Below are positions 25,601-38,190 of a stretch of 40,298 nt of DNA, one piece after another. Below the pieces are notes generated by a model. That model did no database searches. It had not been told where the DNA came from and worked only from the letters and a program-made list of their open reading frames with translations. The DNA lies in NCBI RefSeq assembly GCF_000143415.4, contig NW_003314396.1, positions 181,129 through 221,426 on the forward strand, given 5' to 3'. A program made the translations under genes and the position numbers. Each line of letters begins with the position of its first letter. Within the stretch, counting starts at the first letter, position 1. This stretch comes from Selaginella moellendorffii (taxonomy: Eukaryota; Plantae; Lycopodiophyta).

Positions 25601-25746
25601 TATTTTCTTTTCTGCAGGTATCAGTATTTCCGGATGGGGATCTACACATCCAACCTTTGAATAAGTTTGACAGAAGAAAGTGGATGCATAGGGAGTCCAC
25701 AGACACTACTAAGGCATTTATTATGGAGAATCATAAAGTTATCTGA
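22660..25746 (+). CDS. Sfi1-repeat (centrin-binding-like) protein with disordered N-terminus and coiled-coil C-terminus
   Basis: A ~1-kb S/N/D-rich first exon, then repeats AAEYFQRRMLGRAFQAWK, AEKFLRRHNIARIWRAWR, KAALAFKFWQ, RLASAFGLWMR and IRWTFQAW that fit A-x7-LL-x3-F-x2-W. Last exon 25618-25746 ends in TGA. Confidence 0.8.
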
Positions 25747-27300
25747 AGTGTGTTCTTTGAGCAACATATTTGATGAACTCTGGAGAAGAAATGAGTTAAG
25801 ATGGACGAAATAGGAAATTTCTAATTGGTCCATCTCAAAGCCTCAAAAGGTTCGCAATTGACTTTTCAGGTATTACATTTGCTATTAAGTAAAACAGGGA
25901 CAATGACAAAAAAATTCTTTGCAATCGTGTGGGTTCAAACTAAAGCCTTTGAAATTTTAGTAAGGGCAAACCAAAAGGAATTAAATTGATATAAGATAAT
26001 TGTAGTACACAAAAATGGCAGTGCTGAATGATCAGGGAAGACTATACAATTGCAGATGAGGAGTTTTCTTGGTATGACTGGAGCCTTTAGAAAGTGTATC
26101 AAGCCTTATGCCATTTCTGGAAAACACAGAAAAGCATGCATCGATTATTTGGTTAGAATGTCAACAAGTTTCTTTTCACTGTATGTGTAGTTGACTACAT
26201 CGATACTAAAGGTTTCGGATCTCAATGCCTCAATTTTGGTGGAATTGGATGTGCTAATGACGATGCTTCTTGTTTTAAGAAAATCATATAGTGGCTTTCA
26301 TTAAAGTTTGGTACTTCGCAATTTAATTTCCTCCTGTCATTAGTGCTCTTAAACATACTTATATGAGGCTGAGTTAATCCTGTGGAAGACGGCAAGCACT
26401 ATCTTGATCCATTCACGAGTGAGTTGGAAAAGGACTTAGGCTAGATATATCAATCCAGTCAAATTGACAAAGTGCGAGAAGAAATTTTTGCTGTAAGTTT
26501 AGAAAGACAAAGAGTGGAAGAAATCTCAGTTAGATGGATTCTCTCAGCCACACTGATTTCCAACATTTTAAAAGCTGGAACATGGATCTTTGGGACTTTC
26601 TCATTCATCTGCAAGTAAGCATTATATGACTATATTCTCCTCTTTGCAAAGGGCAAAGGTTAGCTCACAAGAGAATGGAAAAACCTGGTATATCAACAGC
26701 TTTACTTGTTTTATACGTCTGGTCATCTGAAAATATTGAGGTCTTTGAAAAGGGTCTTAAGAAGAATCATTCCACAACTAGAGCAACACTGTTATGATTA
26801 TAATAAGCAAAATTCATAGAAAGGCATAACTTCACATGTGTGACCAGTTTCTTCCAGTTGCTGGGCTGTTCAAACAGCTCTCCCGTCTGGTTTTCATTGA
26901 TTCCGGATATAATTGAAGGGAAGACAGTTGCTTGTGATTTTTTCTCAAAACAAGGAAGATAATCATCTTGAGGTCTTATAAAACTTCAGCAACAGTTTAT
27001 TGGTTAGAACTGCAATGCTGGCGATGGCTGTTGTGGATATACAAGAATTCCAGTAAATAAGTTGCATCTTGCCAAAGATTGGTTAAGGGGATTAACTTTT
27101 AAAATTTCAAATCCAAGATTCTCTTAATACCAAGACCATCATAGCCTGATATTTATGTCGCCCCAAGATGATCTTTTTATAGGGAATGAAACTAGTGCGA
27201 ATCATGGAAGGTAAAGAGGAATCTCTTTATATACGAAAAACAGTGTTGAAGATTTATTCACCGTTTGCCGGGATCATACAGTGTTTCAATAAGTAATCCT

Positions 27301-27919
27301 TTATTTTTCTGGACTATCTGTCATAGCTGCCAGAATCTTTAGCATGCACTCGACCATAGGCACCGAAGATGCATAAGGCTGCGCTCGCTCACAGACCTAC
27401 CATACAATTTTAGAGCACTTCATTTAAGATATAACAACCTTCTCCATTCGGGTGAGCTTGCCATAGTAGAACAGGCGCTCCTTGTTAAGAACATCAACCT
27501 AATAAAATTACAAATATCTCATGATTCTAAAAGACAAAACACTCACCTCTGCTAAGAGCTCGGCGTATGATTGTAAGCGAACCAACAACTCACCTTCCAG
27601 GTAACTTAATTAATGTCAAGTTTAGTTTGGATATGCTAAAGTATCATACTTACGAAGCCAAACTCTCCAATACAGCTTGTTGCTGAACTGCATTCTCGTC
27701 AAAACATTCATTTTGCATAGAGGCAGGAGGGCAGTCACTAGCAACTATAGCTACACCAGCAGCTTCTCCCTTTCCGCCTCTAGACTTATTATTAATCTTT
27801 CCACGCCCTAACTTCCAGACATTCCCATCCCCTCGGCTGCGCCTCTGTGGTGATGGGCGATGGAGCACAATACCACGCCCTGCATTGCGCCTGGGCGATG
27901 CCACTGGCCTGCGCTCCAT
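27301..27919 (-). CDS. ~160-aa protein with EB1 C-terminal (EBH) domain and no CH domain
   Basis: Four phase-compatible exons: basic disordered N-terminus, then YLEGELLVRLQSYAELLAE / VDVLNKERLFYYGKLTRMEK / VCERAQP...PMVECMLKILAA. This matches EB1 'VD.LEKERDFYF.KLR.IE..CQ...P.V..I.KIL.A'. Confidence 0.8.
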
Positions 27920-28564
27920 TTTTAAAGAAACAGTTGGCTTCACTGAAACTTCTTGAAAATCTGGAATGCAACAAAAAAGAAACTGACAAGTGGTCAGTGT
28001 AATTACGGTAAGCTGTTGTTATCTCACGTTGAGCAATTTTAAAATTAAGTGGGTAACGGAAGTTGGGTTAATGTGTCAGATGAAGGTGTGAGAGCATGCT
28101 CTCGGATCATATTATTTGGGGTTTGGATTGAATCTGGAAAAGGATCTGTGCACCTACATTGGCCATAGATCCATTCGCTTGTTCACTTTCCCTACATAAA
28201 GCAGTATTTGTCAGGCTCATGGAACACCAGAATTCGTGCATGGCCTAAGCCAGTTCAGAGTAGAAAAGCTGACAAAGAAAATGACAAGAGGAGCTGCTTC
28301 TGAGTATCCTTTAGTACCTTCAAAAGCCATACAAAATGCGGGGCCTGCAATGTTTCTGGCCTCCAGAAAAAATGTCTTTAAGAGGCTGGTCTTTACCTTC
28401 AAGAACCTCTTCCAGCAGTCCATCTCGCCAAGAAGGCGCCCCCGTACCCACAGCCGGCACCATGAGGCGGCCCGACCCACTCCCTGTGCTTGACTGACTT
28501 CTCCGCTGTTGCTCCTCAGCAACGGGGGGCACCACCATATCCTGGCAGAGTGCTTAAAGCAGAA

Positions 28565-28590
28565 CTAGCAAGGAACCCAGCTACGCTGGA
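28565..28590 (-). mobile_element. Helitron 3' terminus
   Basis: Minus strand reads CCAGCGTAGCTGG-GTTCCTTG-CTAG|T. Confidence 0.75.
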
Positions 28591-30708
28591 TCAAATAAAA
28601 ATAAGGATTCAAAGGTGTTTTAATTAGAAATAATATTTAAACCATCCGTAAATTTCTCTATCTGATGACGTAAAAGACTTGTTAAAACATGCTAGTAATT
28701 TTCAAAGTAGTCTATCCATACTATCTATGAACCATGAGACTGTGCATAAAGATTTGGGAAGTTTGTTTGTGGTCTGCTTGCTCCCTCTATCCTTGATGCG
28801 CGTTTAACATGACAGTCTTGAGAACATAACACTGACATTGTCAATCATGTCTGGCTGAAAGGTTGCTTATGAATGAAGAAATGAGAAAACAAATCTGCCA
28901 GTGCTCTAGTACTCTTTAGTTCAGGCAGGAGCACTGCTGGTGTGGCAGATGGAAAAAAATAAAACAGGCTCAAAAAAAGAAAAAAGAAAAAAGAAAAAAA
29001 GTAGAGCTCTTGTCTTGAATTACATGAACATACCTTTGAGAGCAGTTTAAGTCTTCCTGCATAAGCTGTTGCCACTGGATATTGCCATTACATTAACAAA
29101 CAAGGACTCTATAATTCTAATTGATAAGTTACTGTATCTAGGGGCATCCTCTGACCTGGAAGAATTGCACGGTCAATCATTGTAGAAGAAAAAAAAAGCA
29201 GCACCTTCTAGAAATGCATGAGACATTTTTCAACAACTGAAATGGTTGTGCACGTGCTAAGGAGCAAGAGCACACAAAACAATGCTACAGGTATGAGCTC
29301 ATGTACTTGGGGGACAAAGAATTGTGGAAGAAAACTTGAGGCAATTTAGCTCCCCCCCAAAGAACTCCTCTCTTGAAAGAACTTTTCCACCTCCTTGACA
29401 AATGCCAATTGCTCCTCCACAGAGCCATCCTCCAAGTTCCCATCCTTGTCCAGCATCGACAACTTCATGTACTGCATCTTTGCAAGCTCGTTCCCAACAA
29501 TTCATGAAAAGCTAACAAGCTTTGGAACTTGCCTTCTCAAATCCATTCAAGTCTGCAGCTGTTCTTGTTGGCTCATAGCTCATCTAGAGCATGATCTTTG
29601 TTCCAGTCCCCGTTGTCATCACAACAATTTTGCACTGGGTGTTTCTGCTGCAAAAAATGTTCTTTGCTTGAATTCTAAAGAAACTTGTTCCAAGCACCAT
29701 AATACTTTAGAGACTCCATTTACAAAAGTTTTCCTTACAGAATACTAATTCTAATTCTCCTTGTAAGTTATTTTGCACCTCAGAAAAGCCTGACAGTAAA
29801 GTAAGTTGAGAATGATGCTTTTGATGAGCTCTTTACTTACAGCATCAAGGATCTTTATTTACATGTCAAGTTTAATTAAGGAGAGCTTGTTCTTGAATGA
29901 CATGGATACTATAAGCCTTAGCAAGTTTGCCTGCACGACAAAATCAAATATGGTCACACCAACATTAAAAAGTGGAGCTTCGTACCTGAAGAGTAGCCAA
30001 TGTTTTGTATATAAGGACATTTTTAAGAGCATGAGAGGAAGTGATTGAGTGATCTGAAATAGAGTGATTAGAAAAGAATATCTTGTAGAATTCTTTAACT
30101 TCCACTTGTACTAAGGTTCCATCTCTCCCAAACTAGGCCATCTATCCAAGAGTGGTCATCCTATGACCATACTGAGCATCCATAAGATTCCTCAAAATAT
30201 GGGGAACACCATCCCCCAATATTTTTTCTTTGATCCCCACCAAGTCCCTCTCTGTCAATGGTAGTGCTCACCAATACCACCACTAGTTTGGGTCTGAAGG
30301 GCCATCCACTAAGTCCCACTAATGTTTAGGACTATCTCACCATGTAACCATACCATTGGGTATCAAGCAAAAGGACCATTCCTTTTCCTTTTCACAATTA
30401 GGGACTTTAGAATGACATTTTGAAACACTACAGCTTAATATAAGCTTTATAGTTACTCTCCCCACCTTCCTCTACTAGAGTGCCCTAGCTGTGTGGCTAG
30501 AGCGAGGTTCTAATGAGCCACATAACGAGGTAAGTTTCATAATGATAAAAAAATCTTATCTTCCCCAACACTATCTATTGCATTATTGTGCATTTCTCTG
30601 GAGAAGAATAGTAGCAAGTTTTAGATAAATTTAACCTTGTATACAATCAAAATTTCTAACATTGTAAAATTAAAAAGAAAGATCTATTTATCTTGGGTAT
30701 GCTATATC

Positions 30709-30735
30709 TTCTAGTGGAGCTGGGGTTTCTGCTAG
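30709..30735 (+). mobile_element. Degenerate Helitron 3' terminus
   Basis: TTCTAGTGGAGCTGGGG-TTTCTG-CTAG|T, which is the consensus with C-to-T changes. Confidence 0.55.
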
Positions 30736-30942
30736 TCATCAATCATCATACTCATATATTTAAACGAAAGAGCCCGTATAATAATAGCATATACTGGGGA
30801 CACTTATTCTGGGCATATGCCAAAATCTAACGGCTGAGATTAGACAATGTAAAGTTGTGACTTTTGGGATCATAAAAATTTTCAATTGTCTTTTAGGGTG
30901 CGTGACCACAAGGAGAGAGCATCGATCATCGCTTGTGGGAAG

Positions 30943-30945
<3 letters not shown>

Positions 30946-31016
<71 letters not shown>

Positions 31017-31039
31017 CCTCTGTGAGTGTGTGTGTGTGT
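30946..31039. repeat. (CT)n microsatellite followed by a short (GT)n
   Basis: Seen directly. Confidence 0.97.
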
Positions 31040-31920
31040 TTGATGGAACGATTTAGAAGGCTACAGTCAGCTGTACATGATGCCACTGGTTGGTTCATTC
31101 TCAGAGTTCAAAAGCTCACGCACCGGAAAATGACACCAACGCCGAAGCGTTCTTCAACAGGAGATATGCCACTGGNNNNNNNNNNNNNNNNNNNNNNNNN
31201 NNNNNNNNNNNNNNNNNNNNNNNNNNNNNNNNNNNNNNNNNNNNNNNNNNNNNNNNNNNNNNNNNNNNNNNNNNNNNNNNNNNNNNNNNNNNNNNNNNNN
31301 NNNNNNNNNNNNNNNNNNNNNNNNNNNNNNNNNNNNNNNNNNNNNNNNNNNNNNNNNNNNNNNNNNNNNNNNNNNNNNNNNNNNNNNNNNNNNNNNNNNN
31401 NNNNNNNNNNNNNNNNNNNNNNNNNNNNNNNNNNNNNNNNNNNNNNNNNNNNNNNNNNNNNNNNNNNNNNNNNNNNNNNNNNNNNNNNNNNNNNNNNNNN
31501 NNNNNNNNNNNNNNNNNNNNNNNNNNNNNNNNNNNNNNNNNNNNNNNNNNNNNNNNNNNNNNNNNNNNNNNNNNNNNNNNNNNNNNNNNNNNNNNNNNNN
31601 NNNNNNNNNNNNNNNNNNNNNNNNNNNNNNNNNNNNNNNNNNNNNNNNNNNNNNNNNNNNNNNNNNNNNNNNNNNNNNNNNNNNNNNNNNNNNNNNNNNN
31701 NNNNNNNNNNNNNNNNNNNNNNNNNNNNNNNNNNNNNNNNNNNNNNNNNNNNNNNNNNNNNNNNNNNNNNNNNNNNNNNNNNNNNNNNNNNNNNNNNNNN
31801 NNNNNNNNNNNNNNNNNNNNNNNNNNNNNNNNNNNNNNNNNNNNNNNNNNNNNNNNNNNNNNNNNNNNNNNNNNNNNNNNNNNNNNNNNNNNNNNNNNNN
31901 NNNNNNNNNNNNNNNNNNNN

Positions 31921-32100
31921 AGGTTCTTCACTCTCTTGCTTGTCGCTATTCTTCTTTCGGGTCTCTCAAGTCCCTGTTTGTTCCAGGTTCTCAAGGCTGG
32001 AACCACGACTAGAATCAAGGTTTTTCACTCTCTTGCTCTTCGCTGTTCTCTTTCGAGGCTTAAAGTTCCTGTTTGTTCCAGGTCCTTGAGGCTGGAACCA
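31921..32100. repeat. 97-bp tandem repeat, same family as 264-400
   Basis: AGGTT.TTCACTCTCTTGCT at 31921 and 32018; the array abuts an N-gap and may be longer. Confidence 0.85.
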
Positions 32101-34049
32101 AGAGAAAAAATAGAAATTTTCGTCCACGGTTTGCTTCCTTGTACTTCAGTTTTGCGTTTTTAAAGCATTGAGAGGGATTTCTATTTTGCAGCGCTATAAA
32201 CCCTGTAGTCTCTACATGGATAGTCATACGGGACAGCCATACATGGTGCTCTTCAGTTTATGACAAGTTCTCTTGAGGAAATGTTGGCAGTCAAGCACAA
32301 AAAAACTGGCTTGAAGGACATGATGGAATACTCTCTTATAACAGTTATGGCTGTTCATATCTGAGGGTTTCATGTCTAACTCTCTCTCGTGTCACTTTGC
32401 AGCATTAGGAACGAAACAAGGAGAGCGAGCTCCTTGATTCTTCACTGTTGATAAGTTTCTTTCTCGCATTTTTTGCAGTTGTCACTGTTTCTGAGTCTCC
32501 ACAATGAATGCTTTGGAAATGGGTATGTATGTGATTTACAGTCTTTGCAATGTAAGTTGAATGTGTTTGCAAAAGAACAGGTCATGAGTACTGGGAAGAT
32601 GAAGGCATTGAAGAAAAAAAGCCAGCATGCAGGCAAATGATGAACTCACATATTTCATCCATATGATCCTGTCACTTACAGGTATCAATATACTGCTGTG
32701 TTAGCAGTGTTTACATTTATCCTTTCGTCTTGATTACAGAGTGGAACCTCTGATATCTATTCCTTTTGGAGAAAGTCAGTGAATATCTTGGGATACAGGT
32801 AAACATAGTGCTTTGTAAGTTTTGCTATCAAAGCTAGAGGAAGTTCTTCGGTTGGGGTATGGTTTTGTCACAGCTTTTTACGGCAGTATGGTGACAGAAA
32901 GGCTATCTAGAAGTCCCAATGGTAGAGTCGACTTAATGCTACAGGTAAGTCTTGCTCTTTGCTATCACATCATTCTTGTGTGGATCCAGGATACAAAATT
33001 TAAGCACCACTACATATCGCTATCTGATCAACGACAGCAGTGGCTGGAGAGAGAGAAAGGAGATTTGGAGTCTGAATCACAGCAGTAGCAGCAGCAGCAT
33101 CACCAGTGAGAAGATCTCAAGGCCATGAGAATCCTCCACCAGTTTGGGATCAGTCACATGTACGTAGCAGCCAGGTGAGAAGGGCAGTGCGAGGGACAGG
33201 GACGAAGATCTCACGAGGGACAGGGATGAAGATCTTACAGGGTCCGTCATCACCCGATTGATGAGGTCCTGGTTTGCTCTATCACTTTGGAGCCATCTCT
33301 GAATGGCAAGGTGAGCTTCAACGTGGTGGCAGTGATCCAGAGCAGCAGCTCTAGAAGTGGTAATGATGACCATGCGTTTCTCTACAAGGACATGGTGCTG
33401 TACAAATCCAATTACTATTAGCATCACATGTCTGAGGACAAATTAAGTGAAGTGGTGCCAGATTCAATTGTATTTGTGTTGTAATACTACATTATATATA
33501 AGGTGTCTCCTACCCTTGACTGGCTACAAAAAATAGCAAATGTCTTTCCCTCTTTGCTCTAAGTGAGCACTCTGACCAACACACATAACAGTAACATATG
33601 TGTCGAGAAGGCCAAGTACAAGCCCACTGCTCAGTTCAAGCTCAAAGTCACCTTGCTTCTCTACATTTATATCAACAGCTCCTCTACATAATCAGGCTGT
33701 GTACTCCACATGAACCATGGAGCCTAGAGTTGGCCTGTCACAAGATGTCTCTTCTCCTCTGGTATTCCTGTTGAAGCACTAAGCAACAAGTAAGCAATAC
33801 AAACCTTACACCATATCACTCACGGTCACTTTTGCAAAAGCTTACTTAAATTCCACGCTTGTGCAGACTCAGAATCATGTAAATATGAGCGCACACTCGC
33901 AGTTATGCTCGCTGTCCCAATACAGAATTTTCCTCCTCTTTAGTGCTACTGATATCAGCACATGGAACTGCACACTCACTAAAGAGAATCCATTCACTGC
34001 GAAGAGGAACCCACCAAAAAAAATCCCTCCTGTGCTGTTTAGAACTCTC

Positions 34050-34710
34050 ATAGCAGGCCGGAAGATAGGGCTTCACGCATTCTTCCAGGGCTTGAGCATG
34101 GAGTTGGGACGGTAGCATTCTCTGTGGTAGTGCCATTGCTAGGGATTTCAATATAACATGTTCTTGGGGCCTAGATCGAGAAGCTTTATGGAACCACTCC
34201 ACTGGAATCATCTCCACATGGTGGGGTAGCCTCGAGATTGTTATGATGATCCCTATTTGTCTCTGTCTTTCCTTCACATGATGTGGTGGAGAACACAAGG
34301 ACAACAACAACATTGGCTTCGCATAATGAGCCCCTGGGAAAGTCCTACAAACAGTTCCATACGGTTCTCAACTATTTGTGGCGTATGGATCACAGATTTG
34401 GTGACTCTTGTACTCAGTGTGCTGCCTAACTCTTCACTTATTTCCTCTGGGAATGATCAGAAAGTAATAACTTGAACAATGTTTCTCTGCTTCTAAATTT
34501 CCAGGCACTTCCACTCTTGTATGACCCTGATGATAATGAGAATGTGGATAATGTGGACTTATCACACGAGCACGTACTGTGGGAGACTTTCTCAAGAGAA
34601 CTAAACTAATACAAGATGCAGATAGGTTCATCAAGAGAATGTCATTCACTTCTTAGTGACTGCTTAGTGCCTGTAAAGTTCACGAGGACTTGGAGAGATG
34701 ATCAAAAGGT
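34050..34710 (+). pseudogene. Decayed PLS/E-class PPR gene fragment
   Basis: Relic motifs DLVTLVLSVL, LIQDADRFIKRMSF and LLSACKVHEDLER (E-domain 'LL.AC..H.D.ER'); many stops and frameshifts. Confidence 0.65.
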
Positions 34711-36299
34711 GGCGATGGATATGCTTAAGTGTGTGAAGCGTGAGCATATGAGTTCTGTGCTTTGTAGGAGCTTCATTATTGCCGAGACTTGAATTCAAAC
34801 TATCTCTTTATTTTCTATCTAAGTCACGTGTATATGCACTGTTAGCACAACTATTATATAGAAACTGAATAAGAGTTTTGATGGATGGCTCAAAAGAAGT
34901 TAGGTTGATTCAAAAAATACCTCTCCAAACTTTTTAAGAGATGGAGAATGATAACTCCACAATGGTGAGATGTGATGGTAAGAATTAAGGACTAATGCTT
35001 AACATAAACATGAAGTTTACCTATGTATGTATTAAGTTTCTAAGCATAAAAAGTGGCAAGAGGAAGATGGATAAAGACAATAAATTCTACACAACCAACC
35101 ATGCAAACAAACCGTCAAGTAGGCAACAATCAAAAGTAAAAGCAAAATAAGTGTTAGATAAAATGCAAAACATCATGGATGAGTTGACAAGAACTTGTCA
35201 AGTGAAATGCTGATGAAGCACAAGCAAATGTTCTCAAAAAATCACAAATCATATCACTGATTTATTATTTCAATACTTATTTACCATACTTATTTCTGTT
35301 ACTTGAGTAGTATCTAAAATATATAACTGTGAATAAACCGAATATTATGATAAACTTGTCCATGTATTTAAAATAATAGGGTCATCTACTGCAATNNNNN
35401 NNNNNNNNNNNNNNNNNNNNNNNNNNNNNNNNNNNNNNNNNNNNNNNNNNNNNNNNNNNNNNNNNNNNNNNNNNNNNNNNNNNNNNNNNNNNNNNNNNNN
35501 NNNNNNNNNNNNNNNNNNNNNNNNNNNNNNNNNNNNNNNNNNNNNNNNNNNNNNNNNNNNNNNNNNNNNNNNNNNNNNNNNNNNNNNNNNNNNNNNNNNN
35601 NNNNNNNNNNNNNNNNNNNNNNNNNNNNNNNNNNNNNNNNNNNNNNNNNNNNNNNNNNNNNNNNNNNNNNNNNNNNNNNNNNNNNNNNNNNNNNNNNNNN
35701 NNNNNNNNNNNNNNNNNNNNNNNNNNNNNNNNNNNNNNNNNNNNNNNNNNNNNNNNNNNNNNNNNNNNNNNNNNNNNNNNNNNNNNNNTGTGGGCTAAGA
35801 TATATCTTCTTTATCTAGCCAGGCATTAGGGTAATTCAGGCCAGGGTAGTGAGCTGATTAGCTTTTTTGAAGCTTGATAGTGATGTGGATCTGACAGAGA
35901 TTCAAGATGTAATGCTGCCACAATGTGCCAACTTGCCACAGAGAAAAAAAAGTGATGGATGCTCATATCCAAGTTATTAGGGTGACACCATCCAGCCAGC
36001 ACTATTGGAAGCTAGCATTAGACAATAAGAGTGAGTCACATCTATTTCTTGTTGATCATGTAGATGGAATAGGAAATCTATTTGTATTCCACACTTTATG
36101 ACAATGCATGCATGGGCTTCTGGTTACACAAATTATACTATAAATTATGATTTAAGATATTAATAACTTATTCTATAATATTTTAATATCATAAAAATCA
36201 TGATACTAAAAAAACAAAAAATTATATATACATTATAATATAGCATGTTATAATATAACAATAATTTATATATTAAGCATAAATTATGTAAAAGGGACT

Positions 36300-36445
36300 T
36301 TCAATATAAATATTATATTATGTTTAATTATGTATGCTATAATAATGATTATGTTAAAAATTACAATTACAATTACAACTCTTTGAAATTACTAAAACAT
36401 CAGGAATAAACATGATGCTCCCAGCGTAGCTGGGACTTTTGCTAG
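36300..36445 (+). mobile_element. Helitron subterminal region and 3' terminus, same subfamily as 4620-4766
   Basis: About 145 bp colinear with 4620-4766; identical hairpin (36419-36435) and CTAG (36442-36445) followed by T. Confidence 0.8.
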
Positions 36446-36733
36446 TACTCCCTTATTTAAACGTGCTATTGGCATATGGCATCCGGCGTCTTTTATTCCA
36501 TTTTTAGAATATTATTTTTGAATATGCTTATAATCTAACGGTTGAAATTCAAAGCCTTCAAATAGATGGCAAAGATCAGGTGCCAAAAGGGTGGCAATGC
36601 TTCAATTTTGATTTTAATGACGCTCCAAATCAAGTGAAATTTCTTAGGGCAATCGGGCAGATTGTGTGTGTGTGTCAAGGATGTGTCAAGGACATGTCAA
36701 GGATGTGTCCAAGCTTGCTAAGGGCAACATGCT

Positions 36734-37034
36734 GCTTGCGCTATTGGTGAACAACCGATCAAGGTAGATTGAAAATTCTTTACTTTTTTCTGAAGACAAT
36801 TTGCAGGGACTGCTGAATCCTGCAGCTATGGCTAGGCTGGCGCTTGGAGAAGCTTTGACGAATCTTGTTTGGGCTAAGGTACTCTCATCTTAATTGTGTT
36901 TACACACCTTATGATCTGTTTAACTTTGCAGGCTGAACTTGATTCCGACATATATGTACAATCCTGCTGTTGCTCTTCGTGACACTATGATCGAGCTTGA
37001 GGTTGCAATAGAAGGTGGAAAGGACAGCTTGTCA
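36734..37034 (+). pseudogene. PUR4: Phosphoribosylformylglycinamidine (FGAM) synthase (PurL/PUR4) internal fragment
   Basis: ACAIGEQPIK | GLLNPAAMARLALGEALTNLVWAK | ...MYNPAVALRDTMIELEVAIEGGKDSLS with two GT-AG introns. The SGNWM segment is missing and there are no upstream exons. Confidence 0.88.
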
Positions 37035-37869
37035 NNNNNNNNNNNNNNNNNNNNNNNNNNNNNNNNNNNNNNNNNNNNNNNNNNNNNNNNNNNNNNNNNN
37101 NNNNNNNNNNNNNNNNNNNNNNNNNNNNNNNNNNNNNNNNNNNNNNNNNNNNNNNNNNNNNNNNNNNNNNNNNNNNNNNNNNNNNNNNNNNNNNNNNNNN
37201 NNNNNNNNNNNNNNNNNNNNNNNNNNNNNNNNNNNNNNNNNNNNNNNNNNNNNNNNNNNNNNNNNNNNNNNNNNNNNNNNNNNNNNNNNNNNNNNNNNNN
37301 NNNNNNNNNNNNNNNNNNNNNNNNNNNNNNNNNNTGATACTTGCCTGGACGTTGAAATATTTAAAACGTGCCTCCAATGCGATGCAGGTGATCATGTCAT
37401 TCATTGGTTCTCTTTTTTTAAAAATCTGGATTTTTCTGCGGACAGGACCTTATTGGCAAGAAACTTATTTCTGCAGGACATAATATCGAAGTTACAGTTT
37501 CATTGCTAGAAATGTCTTTGCGAGCAATTGTGGCATTGAAGTAGACATTCCCACTTCATGAACAGGACAATCTAAGCATATCCATGGCAGGAGATATTGC
37601 TACAGAAGTCGTTGATGAGACCACTGAACCATTAGAATCACAAACAGATCAAGCATCAACTGAAAGTGCAGTCAAAGACGTGTTCACAACCTTGAGCTTC
37701 AGGTAATCTCTTTCCCTGCTTCATTGTAAGAGAGCGCCAGTGCTGCAAATTTCTTCTGTAACTTTTCCACCTTATACACTAGGGATGTATGTAAAAGCCA
37801 AGAAGTGGAGAAAATTCCTGAAGAGGTTGCCAAGTTCCCTCTTGAGTACCACAGGTCTCAACAGAGGCA

Positions 37870-38190
37870 GGATCCAAGTTGGCAACATAAAATCTGGCTG
37901 GAAAATTACGGTTATGGTAACAAAGTTTTGAGTAATTTTGGACAAGGTATCAATGCTTTATCAATTACAGATCTTTATTACTGCTGCAACAGATAGAGAT
38001 AGCGGCATTATCCATCTTGCATTTGAACCGGTGGAGAAAGTTGCCAGAAATTACTTTCAACACATTACTGAAACCGAGAACACAATATTCACAGACTGTG
38101 AATGGCATTCTTGTGTTCATAAAAAAAACAAGTTTAATGACAATATCAGCCTCAACACTTTCGCTTTTCTGCATTTTTGCGCGTTGGTGA
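37870..38190 (+). pseudogene. BIG-type Sec7 ARF-GEF internal fragment
   Basis: NIKSGWK, then IFITAATDRDSGIIHLAFEPVEKVARNYFQHITETENTIFTDC...NKFNDNISLNTFAFLHFCA (HDS region). Isolated and flanked by unrelated sequence. Confidence 0.85.

Noticed and set aside
20322-25746. A single long gene
   Set aside because: An in-frame terminal exon with TAA at 22339-22341 and a new ATG at 22660 support two genes.
29090-30410. Coding-like minus-strand relics
   Set aside because: Multiple stops and no motif I could assign.
33190-33245. Short ~24-bp tandem duplication (also 11-bp repeats at 36671-36710)
   Set aside because: Ordinary slippage duplications with no sign of function.
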